From assembly GCA_964633345.1 (NCBI GenBank), contig CAZWGT010000002.1:1-34402 (forward strand): 34,402 nucleotides of DNA, read 5' to 3'. A program made the position numbers and the translations under genes. Under the pieces are notes generated by a model, which saw only the letters and a list, made by a program, of their open reading frames with translations, ran no database searches and had not been told where the DNA came from. The number at the start of each line of letters is the position of its first letter. Position 1 is the stretch's first letter. The stretch comes from an uncultured Planctomycetota bacterium (GTDB taxonomy: Bacteria; Planctomycetota; JAJSAM01; JAKLKS01). Positions 23,685-32,388 of the stretch are shown here, in pieces.

Positions 23685-24971
23685 GTGGTCGTCGAAACGG
23701 AACAGGGGACCTTCCTCTTCTTCTCCGCCCTCCTCGGGAGGGCGGTCCGCGACGATTCCACCGGGCGCGCCCTCGGCACCCTCCGCGAGATCGCCTGCCG
23801 CACGGACACGGCGTATCCCCGGGCCGCGCGCCTGTTCTGGCGGAGGGGGTGGTTCGGCCCCTGGTCGGAGGCCCCGTGGTCCGCCGTGCGGGCCGTCGGC
23901 GCCGAGGGGATCCGCGTCGACCCGTCCGGCGCCGCGGAGCACCCGGGCCGGCCCGAGGGCCGATCCGGGGAGGTCCTCCTCGAGTGCGACGTCCTCGACC
24001 AGCAGGTCGTGGACACCGACGGCGCCAAGGTCGTCCGGATCAACGACGTCCACCTCTTCCTCCACGGGACGGACGCCTACCTCGCCCACGTGGACATCGG
24101 CACGCGCGGGCTCCTGCGGCGCCTGGGGTACGAGAGGGTCGTCGCCGAGGGGATCCGCCTGCTCACGGACGTGAGGCTCAAGGAGCACCTCGTCGCGTGG
24201 AAGCACCTCCACCTCCTCCCGTCCGGGGTCGAGGATCCCCACCAGGCCGCCATGGTGAAGCTCAACGTCTCCCAGAGCCGGATCACCGACCTCCACCCGG
24301 CCGAGGTCGCCGACCTCCTCGAGGAGCTCGACGCCAGGACCCGGGACCGCGTCTTCGACGCGCTCCCCACGGAGGCCGCGGCCGAGGCCCTGGCGGAGGC
24401 CCGGCCCGGGGTGGCGCAGGAGATCCTCGGCTCCGTGGAGGAGGGCAAGGCCGCCGACATCCTCGAGGCCATGGACCCCGGCGAGGCGGCCGGCGTCGTG
24501 CGCGACATGCCGGGGCCCGAGGCGGAGACGCTGCTGGAGGCCATGGAGCCGGAGGCGGCCGAGACGGTGCGCGCCCTCCTCTCCCACCCTGAGGAGTCCG
24601 CGGGGGGCCTCATGACGACGAGCTACCTCGTCGCCGATTCATCCTGGACCGCACTCCACGCCATGCAGGAGGTGCGCCGCCGCTCCGCCGAGGCCGAGGT
24701 CTTCACCTACCTCTTCGTGCTCTCGTCGGAGGGCGTCCTCGTCGGCATCGTCAGCCTCAAGCAGCTCTTCCAGGCCCCGCCGAGGGTCGCCATCGGCAAG
24801 GTGATGACCACCAAGCTCGTGACGGTCCATCCCTGGACGCCGCGCCAGGAGGTCGAGCGGGTCCTCGCGAAGTACGGCTTCCGCAACGTCCCGGTGGTGG
24901 ACCGGGACGGGCGCATGCAGGGGGTGGTCCGCTTCCGCCGCATCCTCGAGACCCTGGAGCGCCGCCCGTGA
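23685..24971 (+). CDS. PRC-barrel-like + MgtE N-terminal domain + CBS-pair protein (MgtE cytosolic sensor module without the membrane pore)
   Basis: LHPAEVADLLEELDARTRDRVFDALP, ILEAMDPGEAAGVVRDMP and LLSHPEESAGGLMTTSY mark the MgtE_N domain. Two CBS-like units follow (VFTYLFVLSSEGVLVGIVSLKQL, FRNVPVVDRDGRMQGVVRFRRI). The protein ends right after CBS with no TM helices. Confidence 0.85.
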   Translation: MVVETEQGTFLFFSALLGRAVRDDSTGRALGTLREIACRTDTAYPRAARLFWRRGWFGPWSEAPWSAVRAVGAEGIRVDPSGAAEHPGRPEGRSGEVLLECDVLDQQVVDTDGAKVVRINDVHLFLHGTDAYLAHVDIGTRGLLRRLGYERVVAEGIRLLTDVRLKEHLVAWKHLHLLPSGVEDPHQAAMVKLNVSQSRITDLHPAEVADLLEELDARTRDRVFDALPTEAAAEALAEARPGVAQEILGSVEEGKAADILEAMDPGEAAGVVRDMPGPEAETLLEAMEPEAAETVRALLSHPEESAGGLMTTSYLVADSSWTALHAMQEVRRRSAEAEVFTYLFVLSSEGVLVGIVSLKQLFQAPPRVAIGKVMTTKLVTVHPWTPRQEVERVLAKYGFRNVPVVDRDGRMQGVVRFRRILETLERRP

Positions 24972-26242
24972 CGGCCGGCCCCCGCCGCCTGCGCCGCCGC
25001 CTGGCGATCCTGGTCGCCGTCGCGGGGCCGGGGATCATCACCGCCAGCGTGGACAACGACGCCGCCGGGATCACGACGTACTCCATCGCCGGGGCCGACT
25101 GGGGGACGGCCATCCTCTGGACGTTCCTGCCGATGGCGCTCCTGCTCGTCGTCGTGCAGGAGATGGTGAACCGGATGGGCGTGGTCACGGGCAAGGGGCT
25201 GGCCGACCTGATCCGGGAGAACTACGGCGCGCGCACGACCTTCCACGTGCTCGCGGCGCTGGTGTTCTCGAACCTCGGCACCGTGGTCGCCGAGTTCGCC
25301 GGGATCACCGGGGCGGCGCGCCTGCTCGGCCTCAACCCCTACCTGACCGTGTTCGGGGCGGTGCTGCTGCTCTGGGTCGTGGTCGTGAAGGGGAACCAGA
25401 AGAGCGTCGAGCGGGTGTTCCTCGTGGCGTGCCTCTTCTACGTGGCCTACGTCGTGGCCGGCGTCCTGGCGAAGCCCGACTGGGGGGAGGTCCTGCGCGA
25501 CTCCGTCGTCCCCACGCTTCCCCCGGAGGATCGGCGCGCGGCCTGGATCCTCATGGTCGTCGGGCTCGTCGGCACCACCGTCTCGCCCTGGATGCAGTTC
25601 TACCAGCAGGCCGCGGTGGCGGAGAAGGGGGTGAAGGTCGAGCAGCTGCGGTACTCGACCATCGACACCTTCCTCGGCGGCCTGACGGTGATGGTCGTGG
25701 CGGGATTCGTCGTCGTCGCCTGCTCCCGGGCCTTCCCCTTCGACGGCCCGCCGGAATCGGGCCACCGGATCGAGGGGGCCGCGGACGCCGCCCGCGCCCT
25801 CGTGCCCGTGGCCGGGGTCCACGCCGAGAAGCTGTTCGCGGGCGGCCTGCTCTGCGCCTCCCTGTTCGCCGCCTCCATCCTCCCGCTCTCCACGTCCTTC
25901 TCCGTGTGCGAGGGGCTGGGCTTCGAGACCGGCGTGAACAAGCGCGTGCCCGAGGCCCCCGTCTTCTACCTCCTCTACGGCCTGCTGCTCCTGGTCGGGG
26001 CCTGCGTCGTCTTCGTCCCGGAGTCCTGGCTCGTGCGGATCATGTTCTACAGCCAGGTGATCAACGGGCTCATCCTGCCCGTGGTCCTGTTCTTCATCGT
26101 CCGCCTCGTGGCCGACCGCCGCGTCATGGGGCCCTACGCGAGCGGCCGGGCCCTCGGGACGATCGGCTGGGTCGTGTCCGGGGCGGTGAGCCTCCTGACC
26201 CTGGTGTCCCTGGCGTACCTGACGGGGATCCTGGGCGGATAG
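24968..26242 (+). CDS. NRAMP/SLC11-fold cation transporter, non-canonical metal-site motifs
   Basis: GTG 24968 overlaps the upstream stop (GTGA). 424 aa, about 11 TM helices. GPGIITASVDNDAAGITTYS (TM1 region) and LVGTTVSPWMQFYQQ (TM6 region) align to NRAMP GPG...DPGN and GA..MPH. Confidence 0.85.
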   Translation: MTAGPRRLRRRLAILVAVAGPGIITASVDNDAAGITTYSIAGADWGTAILWTFLPMALLLVVVQEMVNRMGVVTGKGLADLIRENYGARTTFHVLAALVFSNLGTVVAEFAGITGAARLLGLNPYLTVFGAVLLLWVVVVKGNQKSVERVFLVACLFYVAYVVAGVLAKPDWGEVLRDSVVPTLPPEDRRAAWILMVVGLVGTTVSPWMQFYQQAAVAEKGVKVEQLRYSTIDTFLGGLTVMVVAGFVVVACSRAFPFDGPPESGHRIEGAADAARALVPVAGVHAEKLFAGGLLCASLFAASILPLSTSFSVCEGLGFETGVNKRVPEAPVFYLLYGLLLLVGACVVFVPESWLVRIMFYSQVINGLILPVVLFFIVRLVADRRVMGPYASGRALGTIGWVVSGAVSLLTLVSLAYLTGILGG

Positions 26243-26250
26243 GGAACGGC

Positions 26251-26271
26251 GGGCCGGGCTCCGCCCGGCCC
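26251..26271. terminator. Perfect GC hairpin between convergent genes
   Basis: GGGCCGGGC-TCC-GCCCGGCCC: 9-bp perfect stem with a 3-nt loop in the 29-nt gap between stop 26240-26242 (+) and stop 26272-26274 (-). Confidence 0.45.
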
Positions 26272-26985
26272 CTACCGGGACCCGGCCCAGGCCTTCGCCT
26301 CGGGGGACCCGTACGCGAGGAGGTACTCGACGCACCGCGCGCGGTCCTCCGGCCGGAGGCGGCCCGTGGCGTCGAGGTGGCCGAGGGCCTCCGTCATCGT
26401 CACCGCGGGGAGGACCGGGACGCCGGTGTCCGCGGTGAAGCGCGCGCAGGCGTCCCTCCCGTCGGGGCCGACCTCCTGGCGGTTGACCGCGACCACGAGG
26501 GCCGGGAAGCGCACGCCGGGGACGAGGGAGCGGAGCATCTCGACCGCCTCCCGCTTGGTGGCGCCGTCGGTGAGGACGTCGTCCACGAGGGCGATGCGCT
26601 CCCCGTCCGCCGGGCGGTGGCCCACCAGGAGGGACGCGGCGGCCGCCTTCGCGGAGGCCTCCTCCCCGTGGGTCTTCCTCTCCTTGCGGTCGAAGAGGTA
26701 GGGCTTGCGGACCCCCTTCGCGGCCAGCGCCACGGCCGTCGCCACGGCGAGGGGGATCCCCTTGTAGGCCGGCCCGAAGACGGAATCGAACCCGTCGGGG
26801 CCGACGGCGTCGAGGAGCCTCCCGCCGAAGGCCTCGCCCAGGCGCAGCAGGCCCTGGCCGTCCTCCACGAGCCCGAGGTTGACGAAGGTGGGGGAGACCC
26901 GCCCGCTCTTCAGCGTGAAGGTCCCGATGCGGAACGCCCCGCACTCCCACAGGAAGTCGGTGAACTGCCTCTGGTAGTCCTGCAT
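26272..26985 (-). CDS. pyrE: Orotate phosphoribosyltransferase
   Basis: 237 aa. FTLKSGRVSPTFVN, GPAYKGIPLA and the PRPP-binding loop ALVDDVLTDGATK. Confidence 0.88.
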   Translation of the reverse strand: MQDYQRQFTDFLWECGAFRIGTFTLKSGRVSPTFVNLGLVEDGQGLLRLGEAFGGRLLDAVGPDGFDSVFGPAYKGIPLAVATAVALAAKGVRKPYLFDRKERKTHGEEASAKAAAASLLVGHRPADGERIALVDDVLTDGATKREAVEMLRSLVPGVRFPALVVAVNRQEVGPDGRDACARFTADTGVPVLPAVTMTEALGHLDATGRLRPEDRARCVEYLLAYGSPEAKAWAGSR

Positions 26986-27105
26986 GGCGGGGATCCTACG
27001 GACGCCCGAGGGGCGCCGGGGAGGGAATGCCGGGGAGGTTCCCCCGACGCCTCTTTACTCCGGCGGGGCGGGCCGCTACCTTCCCGGCTGGAAGGAGGGC
27101 GGCCG

Positions 27106-27771
27106 ATGGCACGGCACGGGATGCTGACGCCGGGCAACATCGTCGGCCACGTCCTCCTGGCCACGATCTGGGCGGGTGTGCTGCTCAACGGGCACCCCTC
27201 CGTGGCCTTCGTCTACTTCCTGGCGAGCCGCGCCCTCTACGTCTCCTTCGTGGGCTTCTCCCTCCGGGCCCAGGACGAATCGGGCTGGTGGACCCGCCGG
27301 TGGGGCCCCGAGGGGGGCTTCCGCCGCTTCAAGTTCGCCTGCACCTTCATCATGCACAACGACGCGGTCTCCATCGGGATGGTCTGCTGGACCAGCCGGA
27401 TGACCCTCGGCGACACCGTCCCCCTCGGCGTCCTCGAGGCCCTGGGGATCCTCCTTATCGTCGCCGGCGTCGGGGTGAAGGCGTGGGCCGTCGCCACGCT
27501 CGGGAAGGGGTCCTACTACTGGAGGAGCTTCTTCATCCCCCGGACCCACTCGAAGTACGTCGTGGCCGGCCCCTACCGGTGGTTCGAGAACCCCATGTAC
27601 ACGGTGGGGTACGCGCAGGCCTACGGCATCGCGCTCTGCCTGGCCTCCCTGCCCGGGCTCATCGCCTCCCTCGTGGCCCAGTCCCTCGTCCTCGTCCTCA
27701 ACCACTGGGCGGAGAGGCCCCACACCGAGAAGATGCGGGAGCTGACCCCGGAGGCGGAGGCCGCCGCCTAG
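27106..27771 (+). CDS. PEMT/ICMT-family membrane methyltransferase-like protein
   Basis: ATG 27106 preceded by GAAGGAGGG. About 5 TM helices. VVAGPYRWFENPMYTVGYAQAYG resembles the G.Y...RHP.Y core of phospholipid / isoprenylcysteine methyltransferases. Confidence 0.7.
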   Translation: MARHGMLTPGNIVGHVLLATIWAGVLLNGHPSVAFVYFLASRALYVSFVGFSLRAQDESGWWTRRWGPEGGFRRFKFACTFIMHNDAVSIGMVCWTSRMTLGDTVPLGVLEALGILLIVAGVGVKAWAVATLGKGSYYWRSFFIPRTHSKYVVAGPYRWFENPMYTVGYAQAYGIALCLASLPGLIASLVAQSLVLVLNHWAERPHTEKMRELTPEAEAAA

Positions 27772-27787
27772 GCGTCCCCGCGGTAGC

Positions 27788-29365
27788 ATGGGCTCCATGC
27801 TCCGACACGTCGCCGCCGGCACGGTCCTGCTCGGGCTCCTCCTCGCCCCCGTCCCCGCGCCCGCGGCCGAGGAGGGGGACGCCTTCACGGCGCTCGTGAA
27901 GGAGTTCGTGCCCGGGGTCTCGGCCCACGCCGAGCCCGGGAGCCGCGTCTCCCTCGTCACACGCCTGGCCGGCTACGACGACCCCGACGGGGCGAAGCTC
28001 CTCGTGGCGGGGCTGGCGGCCCTGGTGGACCGGCTGGACCGCGACCTCGCGAACTACACCGCCCTCCGCAAGCGCTACGAGGAGGTCAACGTTCCCCTCG
28101 ACGTGGCCAAGGACAACTACAGGACGCGCACGGAGCTCCAGAACCGCCTCGCCGAGGAGGACCAGCGGCAGCGGGACGACGCCCGGGTGCTGGAGGCTCT
28201 CCGCAAGGCGATGGGGAGGTACAAGGACGCGCAGGCGCTGTCCACCCTCACCGCGGAGATCCGCAAGCTCAAGGCCTGGCGCGCCCGCGAGGTCGGGGCC
28301 GAGGGCCTCGCCGCCAACCCGGGCGGAGCCGAGGCGGCCATCCGGATGGGGAGGGAGAAGGACGACCGCGTCGCCGCCGCCGTGCTCCGCGGGCTGCGCG
28401 GCCGGAACGAGGGCTTCGTCTTCGACTTCGCGAAGGACTCCCTGAAGTCCGAGTCCTGGCCCACGCGCCTCGAGGCGGCCCTCACGCTCGAGAAGGTGAA
28501 CCAGCCCCGCATCATCCCCCCCCTCATCGAGGCCCTCGCCCGGGAGGAGGGGCGCCTCAAGGAGGACGTCCGCGACGTGCTCCGCCGCGTCACCAGCCAG
28601 AACTACGACACCGAGGCGGAGCAGTGGCGCCTGTGGTGGGTGGAGAACAAGAAGTCCCTCGAGGGGGAGAACCCCACGACGGCCCTCTTCGGCACCTTCA
28701 AGGGCCGGGTCCCCCAGCCGGAGAAGAAGTCGGTCTACGGCATCGAGACGCGCTCGCGGAAGCTCCTGTTCGTCATCGACACGAGCGGGTCCATGCGGGA
28801 GCCCATCACCCAGGCCAAGGGGACCCCGACGGACGTCAGCGCGGACGACCTCGAGAACATGAACATGACGAAGATCGACCGGGCCAAGAAGGAGCTGAAG
28901 CGGGCGCTCCGCGCGATGGAGCCCGACGCCTCCTTCAACATCATCGCCTTCGGGTCGAACGTCGTCTGCTGGAAGGAGAAGCCGGCCAGGGGGGACATGA
29001 CGACGAAGAACGAGGCGCTCACCTTCGTGAACGACCTGGAGGCGGCCGGGGGGACCTGGGCCTACGGCGCGTTCCAGGAGGCGTTCCGCCTCGCCGGCAT
29101 GGGGGCCCTCGACAAGTACTACGACCCGGCGGTGGACACGATCTACTTCATCTCCGACGGGGCGCCGACCAACAACGACATGGACAAGCCGGAGGCCATC
29201 GACCCGGAGACGCTGCTGGCCGCGGTGCGGGAGTGGAACCGCCTCGGGAAGCTCCGGATCCACGCCATCGCCATCGATCCGAGGGCCGGGGGCGGGAAGT
29301 TCATCGACTTCATGAAGAAGCTCGCGGCCCAGAACGACGGCCAGTACACCGAGTGTGACCGGTAG
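27788..29365 (+). CDS. Secreted HEAT-repeat + von Willebrand factor A (VWA) domain protein
   Basis: Signal peptide. HEAT-like segment (WPTRLEAALTLEKVNQPRIIPPLIEALA). WRLWWVENKK motif. VWA with MIDAS LLFVIDTSGSM ... IYFISDGAPT. Confidence 0.85.
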   Translation: MGSMLRHVAAGTVLLGLLLAPVPAPAAEEGDAFTALVKEFVPGVSAHAEPGSRVSLVTRLAGYDDPDGAKLLVAGLAALVDRLDRDLANYTALRKRYEEVNVPLDVAKDNYRTRTELQNRLAEEDQRQRDDARVLEALRKAMGRYKDAQALSTLTAEIRKLKAWRAREVGAEGLAANPGGAEAAIRMGREKDDRVAAAVLRGLRGRNEGFVFDFAKDSLKSESWPTRLEAALTLEKVNQPRIIPPLIEALAREEGRLKEDVRDVLRRVTSQNYDTEAEQWRLWWVENKKSLEGENPTTALFGTFKGRVPQPEKKSVYGIETRSRKLLFVIDTSGSMREPITQAKGTPTDVSADDLENMNMTKIDRAKKELKRALRAMEPDASFNIIAFGSNVVCWKEKPARGDMTTKNEALTFVNDLEAAGGTWAYGAFQEAFRLAGMGALDKYYDPAVDTIYFISDGAPTNNDMDKPEAIDPETLLAAVREWNRLGKLRIHAIAIDPRAGGGKFIDFMKKLAAQNDGQYTECDR

Positions 29366-30917
29366 CGCCGCGTCCGGCCGGGGCCTCGTCGCGGCGATCC
29401 TCCTCGCCCTCGCCCCCTCCGCGGCCCCCGCCCAGGACGCCGACGCCCTCGCCAAGTTCCGGAGGGCCTTCGACGCGCCCGCCTCCGCCGACGCGCGGGT
29501 CGCCGCCGCCGAGGGGCTCGCCTCCGTGAAGGGGCGCAACGGCCCGGAGCTCGTCTGCCGGGCGCTGGCCGCGTCCCTCGAGAGGACCGACGCCCTGTCG
29601 AAGGAGCGCGCGAAGTACCGGGACGAGCTCGCGGTCCTGAGCGCCAAGATCGAGTCCCAGGGGAACTCGGGGACGGGCGAGGAGATCGCCCGGCAGAAGG
29701 CGCTCCGGGAGCTGGAATCGACCCTCCGGGAGAGGGGCGACGAGGAGGCCCGGGTCGAGACGGCCCTCCGGGCGGTCCTCCTCCGGTTCACCGACCCGAA
29801 GGCGCTGGAGTGGCTCGCCGGGAGCGGGATCCGCGGCAGCCCCTCGGGCGCCGTGCGCGCCGCCGCCGCCGAGGCGCTGGGGCTGTCCGGGAGCGCCGAC
29901 CCCGGGGTCCTCAAGTCGGTCCGCGGCGCCCTCAAGGACAAGGACCCCCAGGTCCGCGAGGCGGCCCTGAAGGCGGTCTCGCTGCTGGCGGCGAAGGAGG
30001 AGGAGACGCTGCGCAACCTCGCGGCCTCCCTGGAGGACTCCCGCTGGACGGTGCGCGTCGCCGCCGCCCGCCGCCTGGCCGACATGGCCACGCCCGCGGC
30101 CGTGGACCTCCTCGTGTCGCGCCTCCCCAGGGAGGAGGGGAACGAGGCCCGCATCCTCGGCGCGCTCCTCGGGGCCCTCACCGGGCAGAGGTTCGGGACC
30201 GAGGCGACCGGCTGGCGCCACTGGTGGGAGGAGAACCGGGCGGCCTTCGTCGCCGGGACGAAGGTCCTGGCCGAGGGCGCCGGCTCCATCCAGGCCGCCG
30301 ACGCCACGGCCGAGGGGGCGAACTACTACGGGATCCCCGTCGCGAGCCGGCGCGTGCTCTTCGTCATCGACCTGTCCGGGTCCATGAAGTCGCCGGGCGG
30401 GACGGACCCGAAGCTCACCAAGGAGGACGAGGCGAAGCGGGAGCTGCAGCGCTGCATCAAGGCCTTCGACCCCGCGTCCTCCTTCGGGCTCTTCTCCTTC
30501 AGCGACACGGTGCGGAAGTGGAAGCCCGGGATCGTCAAGGCCGGGGCGCCGGAGAAGGAGGACGCGCGGAAGTGGGTGGAGGCGCAGGCGGCCAACGGGT
30601 GGACGAACACGTACGCCGCCCTCGAGGAGGCGATCCGCGCCTCGGCGGCCGACCCGAAGAACAACATGGGGGAGGACTACGGCCTGTTCGCCGACACGAT
30701 CTTCCTCCTGACCGACGGGAGCCCGACGGACTCCACCGGCAAGGCGGAGGACAAGAACGGGAAGCCGGAGTGGCCGCGGGTCCTCGAGGCCGTGCGCGGC
30801 TGGAACCGGGAGAAGCGCGTGGCCATCCACTGCATCGGGGTGGGGCCGGCGGTGAACGACGCGTTCCTCGCGTCGCTCGCGTCCGAGAACGGCGGGACGT
30901 ACGTGAGGGTGAAGTGA
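29355..30917 (+). CDS. Secreted HEAT-repeat + VWA domain protein (paralogue of the preceding gene)
   Basis: GTG 29355 overlaps the previous gene by 11 nt. Signal peptide. HEAT-like units (DPQVREAALKAVSLL, RWTVRVAAARRLADMATPAAVDLLVSRL). WRHWWEENRA. VWA with VLFVIDLSGSM ... IFLLTDGSPT. Confidence 0.85.
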   Translation: MTGSAASGRGLVAAILLALAPSAAPAQDADALAKFRRAFDAPASADARVAAAEGLASVKGRNGPELVCRALAASLERTDALSKERAKYRDELAVLSAKIESQGNSGTGEEIARQKALRELESTLRERGDEEARVETALRAVLLRFTDPKALEWLAGSGIRGSPSGAVRAAAAEALGLSGSADPGVLKSVRGALKDKDPQVREAALKAVSLLAAKEEETLRNLAASLEDSRWTVRVAAARRLADMATPAAVDLLVSRLPREEGNEARILGALLGALTGQRFGTEATGWRHWWEENRAAFVAGTKVLAEGAGSIQAADATAEGANYYGIPVASRRVLFVIDLSGSMKSPGGTDPKLTKEDEAKRELQRCIKAFDPASSFGLFSFSDTVRKWKPGIVKAGAPEKEDARKWVEAQAANGWTNTYAALEEAIRASAADPKNNMGEDYGLFADTIFLLTDGSPTDSTGKAEDKNGKPEWPRVLEAVRGWNREKRVAIHCIGVGPAVNDAFLASLASENGGTYVRVK

Positions 30918-30939
30918 GTCCGGCGCGAGGAGGCCTCCC

Positions 30940-31692
30940 ATGTCCACGGTGCTGACCGACGTGAAGGACCGGATCGCCGTGATCACGGTGAACCGTCCCG
31001 AGAAGCTGAACGCGCTGAACGACGGTGTGCTGGACGAGATCGGCGGCGCCTTCCGGGGGCTGGACGTCGGCGCGGGCGCGGTGATCCTCACCGGCGCGGG
31101 GCCGAAGGCCTTCGTGGCCGGGGCGGACATCGCCGAACTCGCGACGATGACGGCGATGTCGGCCGTGGCCGTCTCCGCCAAGGGGCAGGCTCTCATGGAC
31201 TCGATCGAGAACTGCGGCAGGCCCGTGATCGCCGCCGTCAACGGCTTCGCCTTCGGCGGCGGCCTCGAACTCGCCCTGGCCTGCCACCTCCGGGTCTTCT
31301 CCGCGACCGCGAAGGTCGGGCTCCCCGAGGTCGGCCTCGGCCTCATCCCCGGCTACGGGGGCACCCAGCGCCTGCCGCGCATCGTCGGCCGCGGCCGCGC
31401 CCTCGAGCTGATCCTGACCGGGGACCCCGTCGACGCCGAGACGGCGCTCCGGTTCGGGCTGGCCAACCGCGTCGTCCCGCCCGAGGCCCTCCTCGACGAG
31501 GCCCGGAAGCTGGCCGGGGCGATCCTGGGGAAGGGGCCCGTCGCCCTCCGCCTCGCCCTCGAGGCCGTCCTCGCGGAGGGGGGGATGGACGCCGAGCGCC
31601 ACCTCTTCGGCCTGGCCGCCTCCACCGAGGACATGAAGGAGGGGACGGGGGCGTTCCTCGGGAAGCGCAAGGCGGCCTTCCGGGGGCGCTGA
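30940..31692 (+). CDS. Enoyl-CoA hydratase (crotonase family)
   Basis: ATG 30940 preceded by GAGGAGG. ITVNRPEKLNAL, AFVAGADI, AAVNGFAFGGGLELALACH and GLPEVGLGLIPGYGGTQRL. Confidence 0.9.
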   Translation: MSTVLTDVKDRIAVITVNRPEKLNALNDGVLDEIGGAFRGLDVGAGAVILTGAGPKAFVAGADIAELATMTAMSAVAVSAKGQALMDSIENCGRPVIAAVNGFAFGGGLELALACHLRVFSATAKVGLPEVGLGLIPGYGGTQRLPRIVGRGRALELILTGDPVDAETALRFGLANRVVPPEALLDEARKLAGAILGKGPVALRLALEAVLAEGGMDAERHLFGLAASTEDMKEGTGAFLGKRKAAFRGR

Positions 31693-31702
31693 GCGCCCCC
31701 GG
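31680..31702. terminator. GC hairpin centred on the enoyl-CoA hydratase stop codon, between convergent genes
   Basis: CCGGGGGCGC-TGA-GCGCCCCCGG: 10-bp perfect stem whose 3-nt loop is the TGA stop at 31690-31692. Confidence 0.4.
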
Positions 31703-31713
31703 GGCCGCGGAGC

Positions 31714-32172
31714 CTAGAGACCGAGCTGCTTCACGGAGAACTTCAGGTCGGAGTAGTGGGTCGGGCTCAGGAAGAACCCGTCGGCCTTCAGGACGACGCT
31801 CCCCGGCTTGCCCTTGGCCGTGCCCGTGAGAACGACGGTTTCACCTTCGCCGACGACACCGGACAGCCAGAAGTTCCCGTTCCCGGCGAATCCCGACAGC
31901 TCCCACTGGAAGGACTCCTCGTCGGGTGGGGAGATCGTGACGGTGGCGCTGATGTAGTCCCCCTCCTGGCTCACGCCGAACTGGGCGCCGAAGGCCCCCT
32001 TGCCCGGCTCCTCGGCCCCGATGACCCGGTTGACGGAGACCCCCTTCCCGGAGTAGGCCCCTCCGACGTTCTCGATGGGGGTCGCGGCCTCGGTGCGCGG
32101 CTGGAAGAGGACGGCGGCGAGGGCTCCGGCGAGGACGAGCCCGGCGGCGGCGAGAGGCAGGCGGCGCTTCAT
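31714..32172 (-). CDS. Small secreted hypothetical protein (beta-rich)
   Basis: ATG 32172 preceded by AAGGAG. Signal peptide MKRRLPLAAAGLVLAGALAAVLF. Only the last 152 codons of the 580-aa ORF look protein-like; the rest is antisense to the thiolase gene. Confidence 0.7.
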   Translation of the reverse strand: MKRRLPLAAAGLVLAGALAAVLFQPRTEAATPIENVGGAYSGKGVSVNRVIGAEEPGKGAFGAQFGVSQEGDYISATVTISPPDEESFQWELSGFAGNGNFWLSGVVGEGETVVLTGTAKGKPGSVVLKADGFFLSPTHYSDLKFSVKQLGL

Positions 32173-32388
32173 GACCACTCCTTTCCGTGGCGCCCGGCCG
32201 GGGCGCCACTCGGGGCGGAAAGGTACCGGGCGGAGGGGGGGAGTGGCAAGGGCCCGCCCTCGCGGGTCGCCGGGACCGCCACGGTGGTATTCCTGACCCC
32301 CCGGGGGGAGGGGACCTAGAATGCCGGGCCTCCGGCGGCTTCCCGGGCGAGGGAAGCCGTCGTGGTCCGGCGGAGCCCAGGAGATTCC

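Noticed and set aside
19928-24043. 1371-aa minus-strand ORF, and the similar 844-aa ORF at 22053-24587
   Set aside because: Same shadow-frame composition. These regions are explained by the Trx-like, TPR-lipoprotein, M1 peptidase and MgtE_N genes.
32187-32209. 9-bp perfect GC hairpin (GTGGCGCCC-GGCCG-GGGCGCCAC) just upstream of the Shine-Dalgarno sequence of the small secreted protein gene
   Set aside because: The hairpin is real in the sequence, but such hairpins are common in DNA this GC-rich. Without conservation data there is no basis for a regulatory call.
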